Positions 10,292-20,338 of a stretch of 64,000 bases of DNA are shown piece after piece. Source of the DNA: an uncultured Chloroflexia bacterium (GTDB lineage: Bacteria > Chloroflexota > Limnocylindria > Limnocylindrales > CSP1-4); the NCBI GenBank assembly GCA_963713975.1, contig OY970218.1, forward strand, positions 1,376,001 through 1,440,000, in the 5' to 3' direction. Each line of letters opens with the position of its first letter. Within the stretch, counting starts at the first letter, position 1. Below the pieces are notes generated by a model. The model was not told the DNA's origin. It worked only from the letters and a program-made list of their open reading frames with translations, and did no database searches. Both the position numbers and the translations under genes were made by a program.

Positions 10292-11797
10292 TCAGGGCAC
10301 TCTCCCGCTTGCCGGATCGACTCGAACGAGATCGATGATGTTGGCGGGAGTCCGATAGAACCACGTGCCCTCGGGCTGCATTGGCATCTCGGTGATCGAG
10401 TAGGCGTTGAGGAGCCGTGACAGCAGGTTGGTCGTGGTAGTCCCGGCTGGAATGACGCCCGGTCGCGCTGTTGCTCGGACGGCGACGATATTGCTCGACC
10501 GCTCGTTCACTCCACCCGCCAACGGGTCATCCGGGTTCCAGTCAACGTCGGAGCCATGGTCCGAGAAGACCACGATTGCCGTTGGTCGACCCTGCGAGGC
10601 AAGGATCGCTCGACTGAGATCGAGCGCGCGCTGGTTGACGTACGGGAGCTCGCCGGCCTGCCGCGAGATCCGGTCATCCCGAGCCATCGGGGGCTCCCGT
10701 GTGCTGGCAATGGATGCTCCGGGTGAGCCGTTGACCGGCTCACCACTCGGTCCGAAGACGACCGGCGAGTGCGGTGCTGGCACATGGACGAATACGAATC
10801 TGGGTCTTGTGTGTGGTTCGCGCGCGATCTGCTCGGCAACTGAGAACGTCGTGGCGATACGGTCCCGGAGCTGCTGGGAGTGAGCGTCTGGTGCGATGGC
10901 TGCAAGCGCCGTCCCGAGCGCAGATCGACGGAGGAGGGCGACCTCGAATTCTGTCATCTGCGGCGGCTCAACAAGGCGGTCAACGCGGCGCGGCCCGACC
11001 TCCGCCCACCCCGTCGAGATCGCGATCCGCTCGTACCCGGACCGGCCGAGGTCCCGAAGCGCGGTGCTGTCCTCCAGCACGCTCCGCAACTCACGGGTGG
11101 CGACGGCGAGACCGATTGGCCCACGCTCGGTCCCGATCAGCTCCGGCACATCCTTCCCGTTGAACATGGACGCCAGGACGAGACGCGTCAGCGGGTAGCT
11201 CGTTCTGGAATGACGCTGGACGTCAAACCCCAGGGAGACCAGTCCTTCCCGGAGCGGATCGCCTGCCTGGGACCGACCGAGCTGCGCAAGGGCGTCGTCA
11301 CCCGGGTATCCATCAAGGAGAACCAGCCAGATGTCAGGCAGGGACGCCGAGGCGTCATCGGCTGGCGCGGTCATCGTGATGTCCTTGTGAACTGCCGAGA
11401 TAGCCCAACCGAGACTGCCGTTCAGGGCGGAGCCTGCGAGCGTCATGAGGATGAGCACCACAGCGACGGCGCGGTACGCCCCCAGCACCCGAAGCTGGAT
11501 GCCACGCAAGTCGCGTGCGGAGCCGCGCACCAGAAGGACGAGCACGCTCGCGAAGACAATCGACAGGCCGGGGATTCGCACGTCAGCGGCAGTGAACCCA
11601 GCTGCAATGACGATCACCACCTCGGTTCCGAGAAGGGGGCCCAGCAGCAGGCGTCCCACGAGCGTCAAAGCGACGACGACGATCAGGATCACGGCCAGCG
11701 GCCGCAAGAGCCAGGCGAACTCGATCTGGCTCACGGACCACGTCGCGACTACGAAGCAGAGCGGGATGACGAGCGGGAGCCACGCGTATCGAGGCAT
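10292..11797 (-). CDS. Third membrane-anchored sulfatase-like protein; alternative start 11821
   Basis: TM N-terminus; PDIWLVLLDGYPG, FVHVPAPHSP and FSDHG motifs. Confidence 0.7.
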   Translation of the reverse strand: MPRYAWLPLVIPLCFVVATWSVSQIEFAWLLRPLAVILIVVVALTLVGRLLLGPLLGTEVVIVIAAGFTAADVRIPGLSIVFASVLVLLVRGSARDLRGIQLRVLGAYRAVAVVLILMTLAGSALNGSLGWAISAVHKDITMTAPADDASASLPDIWLVLLDGYPGDDALAQLGRSQAGDPLREGLVSLGFDVQRHSRTSYPLTRLVLASMFNGKDVPELIGTERGPIGLAVATRELRSVLEDSTALRDLGRSGYERIAISTGWAEVGPRRVDRLVEPPQMTEFEVALLRRSALGTALAAIAPDAHSQQLRDRIATTFSVAEQIAREPHTRPRFVFVHVPAPHSPVVFGPSGEPVNGSPGASIASTREPPMARDDRISRQAGELPYVNQRALDLSRAILASQGRPTAIVVFSDHGSDVDWNPDDPLAGGVNERSSNIVAVRATARPGVIPAGTTTTNLLSRLLNAYSITEMPMQPEGTWFYRTPANIIDLVRVDPASGRVP

Positions 11798-11841
11798 GCT
11801 CAGCGACCCACCGGGTCGCATGAAGGGCACGTCCTGAGGGT

Positions 11842-12660
11842 TCACCGAATTGCCGGCCACAAGCCTGGAAGCCGCGTCCGGCCCCGATGGCGCGGGGTTG
11901 TGCCGTCGGCGGCCCTTGCCCGAGTCCTGCTGGTCGCCCAGGCCACCAGTGGGATCATCAGCATCGGCAGGTCCTGGGCGCTGTAGAAGACTCCAGCCGG
12001 GTGCTTGGCATCCAGCAGCACCTGGACGTAGGTCGGCCACATCGGCAGGAAGAAGAGCGAGGCCACGATGATGGCGGCCACTGTCACCCACCAGCGACGA
12101 TCCCGCACGCCCCACAGGCCGAGCGGCGCGATCGTCACCTTCGTCAGCAGGAAGGCAGACGGCCATCGGTAGATGGTGCCCATCGCCAGCGCGGCCACCA
12201 GCCATATCGTCGGGTTGCCGGTGATCAGATGCACGGCGGTGGGCGGCCACGCGAGGAACGCCGCGATGGTGGCCCATCCGAGCGGTGACGGCCGGAGCTT
12301 CATGAGTGCCCAGCCGACCATGGCGCCGGGCACGATCCACCAGAACGGCCACGGCAGGATCGCCGCCGGAACGAACAGGACCAGCCACACCGGCGGGTAC
12401 AGCACGTCACCCGGCACGACCAGGTACGGACCGTGGAGCTGGCGCTCGAGGTACCAGGTGCCCCCGTTGAGCCAGGTCCTGGTGGCGTCCGCGTAGTTGC
12501 GGTAGTCGAGACCGGCCAGGCGGTCGATCGCACCTGGCGGCGCGGAGATGTACTGCCAGGCCCAGAGGGTGATGAACAGCGCGGCGATCCCATAGCCGAA
12601 CACCTGGCCGAATCGCGTGCGTCGCTTCCCGGGATCCGCCATGGCCGCGGCCTGGTTCAC
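11842..12660 (-). CDS. GT87/DUF2029-like membrane glycosyltransferase
   Basis: DYRNYADA, LYPP, GNPTIW and LTKVT motifs, multi-TM; GTGA overlap with the upstream gene. Confidence 0.6.
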   Translation of the reverse strand: MNQAAAMADPGKRRTRFGQVFGYGIAALFITLWAWQYISAPPGAIDRLAGLDYRNYADATRTWLNGGTWYLERQLHGPYLVVPGDVLYPPVWLVLFVPAAILPWPFWWIVPGAMVGWALMKLRPSPLGWATIAAFLAWPPTAVHLITGNPTIWLVAALAMGTIYRWPSAFLLTKVTIAPLGLWGVRDRRWWVTVAAIIVASLFFLPMWPTYVQVLLDAKHPAGVFYSAQDLPMLMIPLVAWATSRTRARAADGTTPRHRGRTRLPGLWPAIR

Positions 12661-13931
12661 CGCGTCGTCGGCCACAGGCTGTGCAGCGGCTGTCCGGCGT
12701 CGTCCCCGTAGTCCACGCGCTCGCCCTGGCCCGTCCACAGGATCGCGATCAGCGCGACCAGCGTGATCACCGCCGCCCCGACCAGGCTGATCGCCTGCCC
12801 GTCCGGCAGGACCAGCTCCGGCGGTGGCGCGGCCCACACCAGGTTCGCGGTGAAGACCACCGCGAAGGCCGCCCACGCGATCGCGAGCACGCGGCCGTTG
12901 ACCGCCATCAGCAGGAACACGAAGGCGGGGTAGGCGTACCGCTCGTGCATGGTAGTCAGGCTCACGAACGCCACCAGGGTGATCGCCGCCAGGCCCAGGA
13001 CCAGGCTGTGCGCGCTGGGTCGCCGGTAGACGCCCACGAACACCACGAGTGCGAGGAGGCCCGCCACCAGCAGTCCGAGATGCCGGAAGGTCAGCGGCCC
13101 CAGCACGGGCGTGGAGTCGAGCACGAAGTCCCCCCCGGCGCCCAGCACCTGGACGACCCACCACGGGTTCCAGGCGCGCAGCGAGAGCACGTTGAAGATG
13201 CCGTCCTGGTACTCGGAGAGGTTGCCCAGGTAGTTGGCGGGCCCGCCGGCCGGGATGAACGGGAGCCACACGAGCACGATCACGACGGCGCCGATCACCG
13301 CCGCCCTGAGCGTCCCCCGGATCCCCTGGGTGGCGAGGAACCAGGCCGCGAACGGCACCAGGAACGGCAGCGCCTGCGGTTTGGCCATCAGGCTGATCGC
13401 CAGCAGCGCCGCCACGAGCCCGGGACGCCCCGCACGCGCCGCCAGGACCGCCAGCACGGCCGGCAGGACGTAGATGGACTCGTACTGGCCCCACCACGCG
13501 GACACGTACCAGGCGGCCGGGCACAGCAGGATCGCCGCCATGGCAGCCACCGCCGCCCACGGCTTGTCCCGGAACCACCAGCCGACGGCCGCTGCGATGC
13601 CCAGGTCCGCGAGGCTCGCCGGCATCTTCATCAGCGCCCGGATCGCGGGGTCGGCGGAGTCCGTCACGGTGCGGAAGGCGGGCTCGAATGCCGCTATCGC
13701 ACCCCAGACCCAGGCCATCACCGCGGGGAAGGACAGGTTCTGGTCGTAGGCGTTCGACAGCCCGTTCACCGCGATGCCATGGACCCAGAGGACGAACTGG
13801 TCGATGTCGCCCTTCAGGCCCTGGGCCGGCCAGACCCACATCCGGACCGCGATCGCAGCCGCGAACAGGACGGGGACGGCAAGGACCACCAGGATCGTCG
13901 GGATGGGTGAGCTGCGGCGGCCGACGATCAT
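12657..13931 (-). CDS. GT-C-fold membrane glycosyltransferase (mannosyltransferase-like)
   Basis: GDIDQF, MKMPASLAD, SAWWGQYES, AKPQA, NPWW and TMHERYAYP motifs. Confidence 0.72.
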   Translation of the reverse strand: MIVGRRSSPIPTILVVLAVPVLFAAAIAVRMWVWPAQGLKGDIDQFVLWVHGIAVNGLSNAYDQNLSFPAVMAWVWGAIAAFEPAFRTVTDSADPAIRALMKMPASLADLGIAAAVGWWFRDKPWAAVAAMAAILLCPAAWYVSAWWGQYESIYVLPAVLAVLAARAGRPGLVAALLAISLMAKPQALPFLVPFAAWFLATQGIRGTLRAAVIGAVVIVLVWLPFIPAGGPANYLGNLSEYQDGIFNVLSLRAWNPWWVVQVLGAGGDFVLDSTPVLGPLTFRHLGLLVAGLLALVVFVGVYRRPSAHSLVLGLAAITLVAFVSLTTMHERYAYPAFVFLLMAVNGRVLAIAWAAFAVVFTANLVWAAPPPELVLPDGQAISLVGAAVITLVALIAILWTGQGERVDYGDDAGQPLHSLWPTTR

Positions 13932-13983
13932 CGGGCGGCCGGGAGCGCCGGGTCGCGGTCCTGCGCCCGAGCGGTCATGTGCG

Positions 13984-15060
13984 TCAGGCCGGCGTCGTGA
14001 CCCAGTAGCGCTCCGCGTGGCCCCCGGGTACCCGGCCGATGTCGCCGGTCCGGGCCGCGTAGCCGCGCACCGCGTCTGCCATGGCCTTCTCGCTGTCGAA
14101 GAGGCGCTCCATCTGGCTCTCGTACAGCGCGATCGCGCGGATCTTGCGCTCCAGCTGGTCACCGATGTCCGCGAACTCCGCGGCCAGCGAGATCCCGTCC
14201 GGCATGGCGCCGAAGGATCCGGGCGGCATGTCGTCCAGGCGCCCGAAGTCCTCCCACCACGCGTACGGGAAGTCCTCGTACAGGACGATGCGATCCGCGT
14301 ACGAGGGGCCGGGCATGACCCACTTCCGGGCGTCCGAGAGCAGGGCAAGGCCGGCATCGCGGGCGAGCTGGTGGTCCACGTGCCCGCCGATGCCCATCGG
14401 CAGGTAGACCCGAGACGGCTCGAGGCGCGCGATCTCGCGGCGCAGGAGGTCGACGGGGGCGGGATCGTCGGCGCGCGGGGTGCCCAGCAGCTGGTCGTCG
14501 CCCTCGTAGCCGCGGAAGACGGCGTCCGGGAGGTCCAGCCAGACCATCGACACCTCCGCGAAGGCGGCGTAGCGCTCGTCCTCGAGGCGGCGCTGGGCCA
14601 TCGTGTCGCCGGCGGCGGCGGCGTCCATCAGCTCCGTGGTCAGGACGGCGCCCTGGGACTGGACGTCGTCGATGACCGGCTGGCCGGCCAGGGACTCGTT
14701 GTGGATGTGCGCCCGGCGGTACCACGAGGAGCGCTGCCAGAAGCGCTTGGCGGCAGCGTCCGCGTCGCCCTGGGTCGCGTCCAGGCCCTCCCTGGTGGCC
14801 TGCCAGGGCGCGGCGGAGGCGTCCTCGGGGTAGTCCGCGGCCAGGTTAGCCCGATTGAAGGCCTCGGTGTTGGGCCAGATCGCCTTGGAGCCGAAACCGA
14901 GGGCCTCCCGCTGGAAGGGCGTCAGCCGATCCGTCTCCCCGGTGCCGGAGTACAGCGTCAGGACCGTGATGCTCTGGCCGAGCTCGCGCAGGCTGGCGAT
15001 GAGCCCGCCGCACGAGAGCGCGACGTCGTCCGGGTGGGGGGCAACGAAGACATGGGTCAT
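13984..15060 (-). CDS. PIG-L/LmbE-family deacetylase with a long internal insertion
   Basis: APHPDDVALSCGG, RRLED, GGHVDH, YEDFPY and YESQ motifs; TATACT just upstream. Confidence 0.85.
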   Translation of the reverse strand: MTHVFVAPHPDDVALSCGGLIASLRELGQSITVLTLYSGTGETDRLTPFQREALGFGSKAIWPNTEAFNRANLAADYPEDASAAPWQATREGLDATQGDADAAAKRFWQRSSWYRRAHIHNESLAGQPVIDDVQSQGAVLTTELMDAAAAGDTMAQRRLEDERYAAFAEVSMVWLDLPDAVFRGYEGDDQLLGTPRADDPAPVDLLRREIARLEPSRVYLPMGIGGHVDHQLARDAGLALLSDARKWVMPGPSYADRIVLYEDFPYAWWEDFGRLDDMPPGSFGAMPDGISLAAEFADIGDQLERKIRAIALYESQMERLFDSEKAMADAVRGYAARTGDIGRVPGGHAERYWVTTPA

Positions 15061-15109
15061 GGCCAGCGGAGTATAGCCGGGCGGTCGGGCCGGATTCCCG
15101 GCGCCGGCC

Positions 15110-15162
15110 GTCAGGTCGCGGGCGGCCGTCAGGTTCCGCGGGCGCGTCAGGTTCCGCCTGAC
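15110..15162. repeat. Three GTCAGGT-containing units with an 18-nt period plus one inverted copy
   Basis: GTCAGGT at 15110, 15128 and 15146; CCTGAC at about 15157. Confidence 0.6.
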
Positions 15163-15163
15163 C

Positions 15164-15823
15164 TCAGCCGGGCCAGCCCGCCGTGCCAACGAGGGGGACG
15201 AACACACAGGCCCCTTCGGAGCGCTCGGACCATTCATCGCCGTGCCGCTCCACCACGAGCAGCCGCTGCTCCCGTCGCGAACCTACCGGGATCACGAGAC
15301 GTCGGCCCTCGGCGAGCTGGGTCCGGAGCGACTCGGGGATGGCCGGCGCGCCCGCGGCGACGAGGATCCCGTCCCATGGGGCGCCATCCGGGAAGCCAAG
15401 GCTGCCGTCGCCGGTGGTGACGGTGACGCGGTCCCCGAAGCCGAGGGTCGCCAGGAGCCGGCGGGCCGCGTCCGCCAGCCCGGCTTCGCGATCGATGGAG
15501 GTCACCAGGCAGCCCAGCTCCGCGAGGATCGCCGCCTGGTATCCGGAACCGGTGCCCACGTCCAGGACCCGGTCACGCGGGCCCACGGCAAGGAGCTCCG
15601 TCATGCGCGCCACGATGTACGGCTGGCTGATGGTCTGGCCGGCCCCGATGGGGAGCGGGTGGTCCTCGTACGCCTGGTCTCGGCTCGCCTCGTCGACGAA
15701 GGCATCGCGGGGCACGGCGGCCATGGCCTCGAGGACGTGGGGATCGCGGATGTCCCGGCCAACCAGCTGGTCGGCGACCATCCGCGCCCGGGCATCGCTC
15801 GCGCGGGCCCGGGACGAGCTCAT
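15164..15823 (-). CDS. pcm: Protein-L-isoaspartate O-methyltransferase
   Basis: AYEDHPLPIGAGQTISQPYIVARM, VLDVGTGSGYQAAIL and FVPLVG motifs. Confidence 0.93.
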   Translation of the reverse strand: MSSSRARASDARARMVADQLVGRDIRDPHVLEAMAAVPRDAFVDEASRDQAYEDHPLPIGAGQTISQPYIVARMTELLAVGPRDRVLDVGTGSGYQAAILAELGCLVTSIDREAGLADAARRLLATLGFGDRVTVTTGDGSLGFPDGAPWDGILVAAGAPAIPESLRTQLAEGRRLVIPVGSRREQRLLVVERHGDEWSERSEGACVFVPLVGTAGWPG

Positions 15824-15833
15824 GTCGCCGGGC

Positions 15834-16502
15834 CTAGCTCGCCGCTGGGCTCGGGGAGACCTCCGGGGCGACGGACGGCACCTCGGACGGCTCAGTGCTG
15901 GCCGCGGCGCTGGGTTCGGCGCTGGGTTCGGCGCTGGGTTCGGCGCTCGGCGGCGCGGCGCTGGGCGGTTCGGCGGAAGGCTCAACGCTCGGTTCGGCGC
16001 TGGCGGACGCGGACGGCGCCACCGACGGCGTGACCGACGGCTCGACGCTCACCGATGGCGCCTCGGTCTCAATCGGCGTGGGCGTCGCGAGCAAGGTGCC
16101 CAGGAACCCGTTCCTGCCCCCGATGAGGCCCCAGGCGAGGATCGCCACGAAGACGCCGACAACCGCGATCACGAAGATCGCCGAGGCCCGGTCCGTGACC
16201 TTGACTGCCTCATGGGCGACCGATGGCGCTGCCTGCGGCTGCTTTGAGCCTGCGTCCTTGGCGCCACGCTTCTTGCCGCCCGTGGCGGCTCCGTCTGCTG
16301 CGGGTGCGGCTGCCGCGGCCCCCAGCTCGGCATCCTCCGCGCTGAGCGTCCACGCTTCGGGCTCGGCGACGGCCGACTCGTCCGAGTCTGTCTCGTCTGC
16401 GGCGGTCTCGGCGTCGGGCGCCGTCTCGTCCTCGGGCGTGGTGCTGGCATCCGTCGCGGCTTCGGGGCCGTTGGCCTCCGGGTCGCGTTCCTGGTCCGTC
16501 AT
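15834..16502 (-). CDS. Single-TM protein with an acidic N-terminus and a Ser/Pro/Ala-rich (SAEP repeat) C-terminus
   Basis: GAGGAG SD, one hydrophobic helix, 12-nt tandem repeats at 15905-15947. Confidence 0.7.
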   Translation of the reverse strand: MTDQERDPEANGPEAATDASTTPEDETAPDAETAADETDSDESAVAEPEAWTLSAEDAELGAAAAAPAADGAATGGKKRGAKDAGSKQPQAAPSVAHEAVKVTDRASAIFVIAVVGVFVAILAWGLIGGRNGFLGTLLATPTPIETEAPSVSVEPSVTPSVAPSASASAEPSVEPSAEPPSAAPPSAEPSAEPSAEPSAAASTEPSEVPSVAPEVSPSPAAS

Positions 16503-16600
16503 CCGGTGCTTGGTCTCCTCTCCGCGGGCGCACCTGCGGGCAACGCCTCACGCGGCCGTCAGTGTACCGACAGGACCGGCATCCGGGCCGGCCACGCCCG

Positions 16601-18781
16601 TCACGCCTCGCGCACGGCCTTCACGAACAGCCCGGCAACACCCGCACCCACCGAGATCACGCCCGCCGCGAAGATCACGGGCCCTGGCCCGAGGACGGTG
16701 ATGAATAGGCCGCCCAGCGCCATCGCCAGCGACATCCCGCCGAACACCAGGGCGAACCGGAGGCTGACCACGCGCCCCATCAGCTCCGGCGGCGTGCGCT
16801 CCTGGAACAGCGTCTGGCTGGGGATCACGAAGGCCATGTTGGCGATGCCAAGGCCAAAGAGGAGTCCCAGCACCAGCGGGAGGCTGTCGGTGAGTCCCAG
16901 CACCATCGTGCCCAGGCCGAAGGCGATGTACGCCCCGATGATCAGCCTGCCCTTCCGGGCTCGGCCGGCCACTGCGCCCAGGGCGAAGCCGCCGATGAGG
17001 CTGCCGATGCCGATCGCCGTCTCCATGAAGGCGTACGTGGCCCGGTACGCGTCGCCGTCGCCGGGCGTGATCTCGCGGGCCAGGATCAGGCTGGCGACGG
17101 TGAGCACACCGAGCGAGAACTGCCCCGCGGTGCCCTGCAGGGTGTTGGCCAGCAGGACGGTCTCGTGGCGCAGGAACGCCCAGCCGGCCCTGAGGTCCTG
17201 GACGACGGTCGTGTGCGGCTCCTCGTACCTGGCGCCGCCGCCGTCCGGTGCCTCGATGTCGCCGGCATCCTCGGGGCCCCGGGCACGGCGGGCCAGCGGC
17301 GGCACGACCATCGTGCCCAGCAACACCGCGGAGGCGAGGTAGGTCACCGCGTCGAGCCAGAACGCAAGGAACAGCGAGGACTGCAGGAACGCAACGAACA
17401 GGCCGGCGATCGGGTAGTTGATGACGTCGGCAAGTGTCTCGCCCACCCACATGGCCGAGTTCGCGGCGAGCAGATCCTCCTCGGGAACGATGCGCGGCAG
17501 CACGGCCTGGCGGGCCGGCCGGAAGAAGATCGAGACCGTGGTGATCAGGAACACGATCGGGTAGGCGAGCCACACGTTCGTGAGCACCGCCACGGGAAGG
17601 AGCAGGACGCCCGCCGCTCGCAGGATGTCGGACACGATGAGGACCTGCTTCTGGTCCCAGCGGTCCACGTAGGCACCCGCGATCGGCGACAGGAGCAGGT
17701 TGGGGACCATGCCCATGAAGAAGGTCAATGCGACGGCCAGCGGCGAGTTCGTCAGCTCGTAGACAAACGCCGCCAGGGCGATCTGATTTACCCGGTCGCC
17801 GAACAGGCTGATGACCTGCCCGGCCCACAATGCCGAGAAGTTGGGGTTGAGCGCCAGACGCACGTACGGGTGCTGGCGCAGGTGCTCGAGGGCTGCCGGT
17901 CGCCGCCTCCCGATCGGGAAGGTCCCAAGGCCTTCCGCGGCCAGCGCGCCGCCGAAGCCCGTCTGGCCCGGGGCGGCCATCGCCGCCACGCGATCGTCGC
18001 CGGGTTCATCCGCCAGCGGGGCGAGGGCGGGTGAGGCCAGGCCCATGCCCCGCGCACCCATCATCAGCGGTCGCTCCAGGGCGATCGCGTCATCGAGCGA
18101 CGGCGTCAGGCCCGTGCCGGACCGGATCGCGATGCCGTCCTTGTCCACCGGGGCCGGCGTCCCGGGCAGGCGGGCGGTTCCGGCGAATCCGAGGTAGCGG
18201 CCCGTCTTGGCCTCGTCCGACGCGCGTCGTGCCTCGGCGGGTGTCCGCAGCAGCGTCGCGAAGAGGAAGAACGCCAGGCCCGCGGTCAGGAAGATGTCGC
18301 CGATCGACGCCACGTTGCGGAAGGGCTCGAAGGGGATCGGGATGATGTCGCCCAGCGCGCCAAGCCGGAGCAGGAACTCAGTGCTAAGGGGACCCGACAG
18401 CTCGAAGTGGAGCACCGAGTCCAGCGGCGGCGTCAGCCCCGAGGCGGCGTAGGCCTCATCCCAGACCGGCATGTAGCCACCGTTGGACAGGATCGCGATC
18501 GCGTTCAGCGAGACCCCGATGAAGGCGAGAGCGAGACCTGGATACCAGCGGTTGCGCCACAGGGCGAACAGCAGCAGCCCGTAGGCCAGGCCCAGCAGGG
18601 GCGCCCGGAACGCGTCCACGACCTGCACCCCGTACCCGAGGGCGGCCTCCGTGGCGAACCGGATGATGACCGCGAGGAACAGCAGCGGCAGGTAGCGGAG
18701 CCGGATCAGCGCCAGGTTCTCGAGCCGGCCGCCAAGGAGCAGGCCTAGGACGAGCCCGAGCGCGATACCGCCGATCAGCAT
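16601..18781 (-). CDS. DUF5317-like membrane domain fused to an MFS transporter
   Basis: N-terminal GGRLENL, NGGYMPV, LGDIIP and SIGD motifs; linker; C-terminal MFS with FSALWAGQVISLFGD, GAYVDRWDQK and QERTPPELMGRV. Confidence 0.8.
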   Translation of the reverse strand: MLIGGIALGLVLGLLLGGRLENLALIRLRYLPLLFLAVIIRFATEAALGYGVQVVDAFRAPLLGLAYGLLLFALWRNRWYPGLALAFIGVSLNAIAILSNGGYMPVWDEAYAASGLTPPLDSVLHFELSGPLSTEFLLRLGALGDIIPIPFEPFRNVASIGDIFLTAGLAFFLFATLLRTPAEARRASDEAKTGRYLGFAGTARLPGTPAPVDKDGIAIRSGTGLTPSLDDAIALERPLMMGARGMGLASPALAPLADEPGDDRVAAMAAPGQTGFGGALAAEGLGTFPIGRRRPAALEHLRQHPYVRLALNPNFSALWAGQVISLFGDRVNQIALAAFVYELTNSPLAVALTFFMGMVPNLLLSPIAGAYVDRWDQKQVLIVSDILRAAGVLLLPVAVLTNVWLAYPIVFLITTVSIFFRPARQAVLPRIVPEEDLLAANSAMWVGETLADVINYPIAGLFVAFLQSSLFLAFWLDAVTYLASAVLLGTMVVPPLARRARGPEDAGDIEAPDGGGARYEEPHTTVVQDLRAGWAFLRHETVLLANTLQGTAGQFSLGVLTVASLILAREITPGDGDAYRATYAFMETAIGIGSLIGGFALGAVAGRARKGRLIIGAYIAFGLGTMVLGLTDSLPLVLGLLFGLGIANMAFVIPSQTLFQERTPPELMGRVVSLRFALVFGGMSLAMALGGLFITVLGPGPVIFAAGVISVGAGVAGLFVKAVREA

Positions 18782-18815
18782 CCGAGGATTGTGGGGCCCC
18801 CGGGGGCCCGCGTGC

Positions 18816-20249
18816 TCAGTTCGGCTCGGCCGGGCTCGCGGCCGGCCCGGTCTTGGTGAGCAGGGATGCCTGCGGCGTCACCTCGGCGGTGGCGTCGGGG
18901 CCGACAGCGGCGGACCGGTTTGCGTGCTGTGCGATCAGCGGAATGGGCGGTGTCTGCGTCGTGCGCCCGGGGTCTTCGACACCCTCCACCCAGTGCGTGT
19001 TGACGAACGCGTCCACCACCCTGGGGTCGAACTGGATCCCGGCGAACTTGCGCAGCTCGGCGAGCGCCTGCTCCGCCGTGAGCGGCGTCATCCGGTAAGG
19101 GCGAGCCGCGGTCATCGCCTCGAACGAGTCCGCGACGTGGAGGATCCGCGCCAGCAGCGGGATCTCATCGCCGATCAGCCGATCCGGGTAGCCGGACCCG
19201 TTGTACCACTCGTGGTGGTGGCGGATGATCGGCAGCTCGCGCGCCAGGCGAGTGACCGGCTGGATGATCTGCGCTCCCAGCACGGGGTGCGAGTTCATCA
19301 TCATCCGCTCGTCCCTGGTCAGCCGGTCCTGCTTGAGCAGCACCGAGTCCGGGACGCCGATCTTGCCCACGTCGTGCAGGAGGCCGCCCCACTCCAGGGC
19401 CTCCAGGTCCGCAACGCCGAGCCGCATCACGGCGCCTATGTCGCCGGCGATCGTCTTCACCCGCCTGGAGTGCTGCCCAGTGAACGGGTCGCGGTTGTCC
19501 ACGGCGTGCGCCAGCGCATCGATGGTCTGCGTGAACATCTCGCGCATCTCGGTGTAGTTGAGGTACGCCAGCCGGGTCATGTACAGCGGCAGCGCGAACA
19601 GCAGGCTGGCCCAGGCCGCGATGACGTAGATCTGCGCCATCAGCCAGCCAATCGGCGCAATGCTGAGGATGCTAGACGCGATCCCCTCGGCCTCGCCTCG
19701 GATAACGCCAGTCGCACTCTGGCCCGTGCGGAGCGACACCGACACGGCCGTGAGGCCAGCATTCAGCGCCAGGAAGACACCTCCGCCGACCATTGCCACC
19801 ACGAACGAGACGGGATCCTCAAGAGGACGACCGGGGACACCAAAGCCGCGCATCACGAGGCCCGCAACGACAATCGGCATCACCACCCCGCCTCGATTGG
19901 CGAGTGTGCCGTACCAAGGGATCTTGAGGCGGATTTCCCTCATCTCAGTGATTCCGATCAAGCCCACCCACGCGCCTGCGGTCGGACCACCCAAGACCGT
20001 TGCCGCCAATAGCGTCGAGACTGAGACTGCAAAGACCGCACCACGGGGCATCCGGACGGGTAGCGCGGATGCAACGAGCGTAACCATGATCCAGAAAACC
20101 AGTCCCGCCACCGGAGCAGCAGCAACTCCGAAGACTTCAGGTGCCAAGGCAATGTCGCTTGCGAGGGGAATCAGAAGAGTCGTGGCAATCAGCGCAATTG
20201 CGCTCATCACCACGACCCCAGTGATATAGAGCTTCAGGTTCCTCGACAT
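18816..20249 (-). CDS. Membrane-bound HD-GYP phosphodiesterase with a multi-TM N-terminal sensor
   Basis: HDVGK, HHEWYNGSGYP, RILHVAD and RPYR motifs; about 6-7 TM helices in the first ~230 aa. Confidence 0.9.
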   Translation of the reverse strand: MSRNLKLYITGVVVMSAIALIATTLLIPLASDIALAPEVFGVAAAPVAGLVFWIMVTLVASALPVRMPRGAVFAVSVSTLLAATVLGGPTAGAWVGLIGITEMREIRLKIPWYGTLANRGGVVMPIVVAGLVMRGFGVPGRPLEDPVSFVVAMVGGGVFLALNAGLTAVSVSLRTGQSATGVIRGEAEGIASSILSIAPIGWLMAQIYVIAAWASLLFALPLYMTRLAYLNYTEMREMFTQTIDALAHAVDNRDPFTGQHSRRVKTIAGDIGAVMRLGVADLEALEWGGLLHDVGKIGVPDSVLLKQDRLTRDERMMMNSHPVLGAQIIQPVTRLARELPIIRHHHEWYNGSGYPDRLIGDEIPLLARILHVADSFEAMTAARPYRMTPLTAEQALAELRKFAGIQFDPRVVDAFVNTHWVEGVEDPGRTTQTPPIPLIAQHANRSAAVGPDATAEVTPQASLLTKTGPAASPAEPN

Positions 20250-20338
20250 CTGTCCCCAGTCCCCGATGTGTAACGGGACTCTAGCCCGTCCGCCCTATTC
20301 GGGTGAACAGGACTTGAGTACTGAGGTGAGGTCTCAGG

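Noticed and set aside
11842-13839. 665-aa ORF, and similarly over-extended ORFs (10292-12388, 12657-14357, 13984-15237, 45642-47393, 52511-54562)
   Set aside because: The N-terminal parts are off-frame read-through over neighbouring genes in high-GC DNA; only the C-terminal parts are protein-like, so the starts were reassigned.
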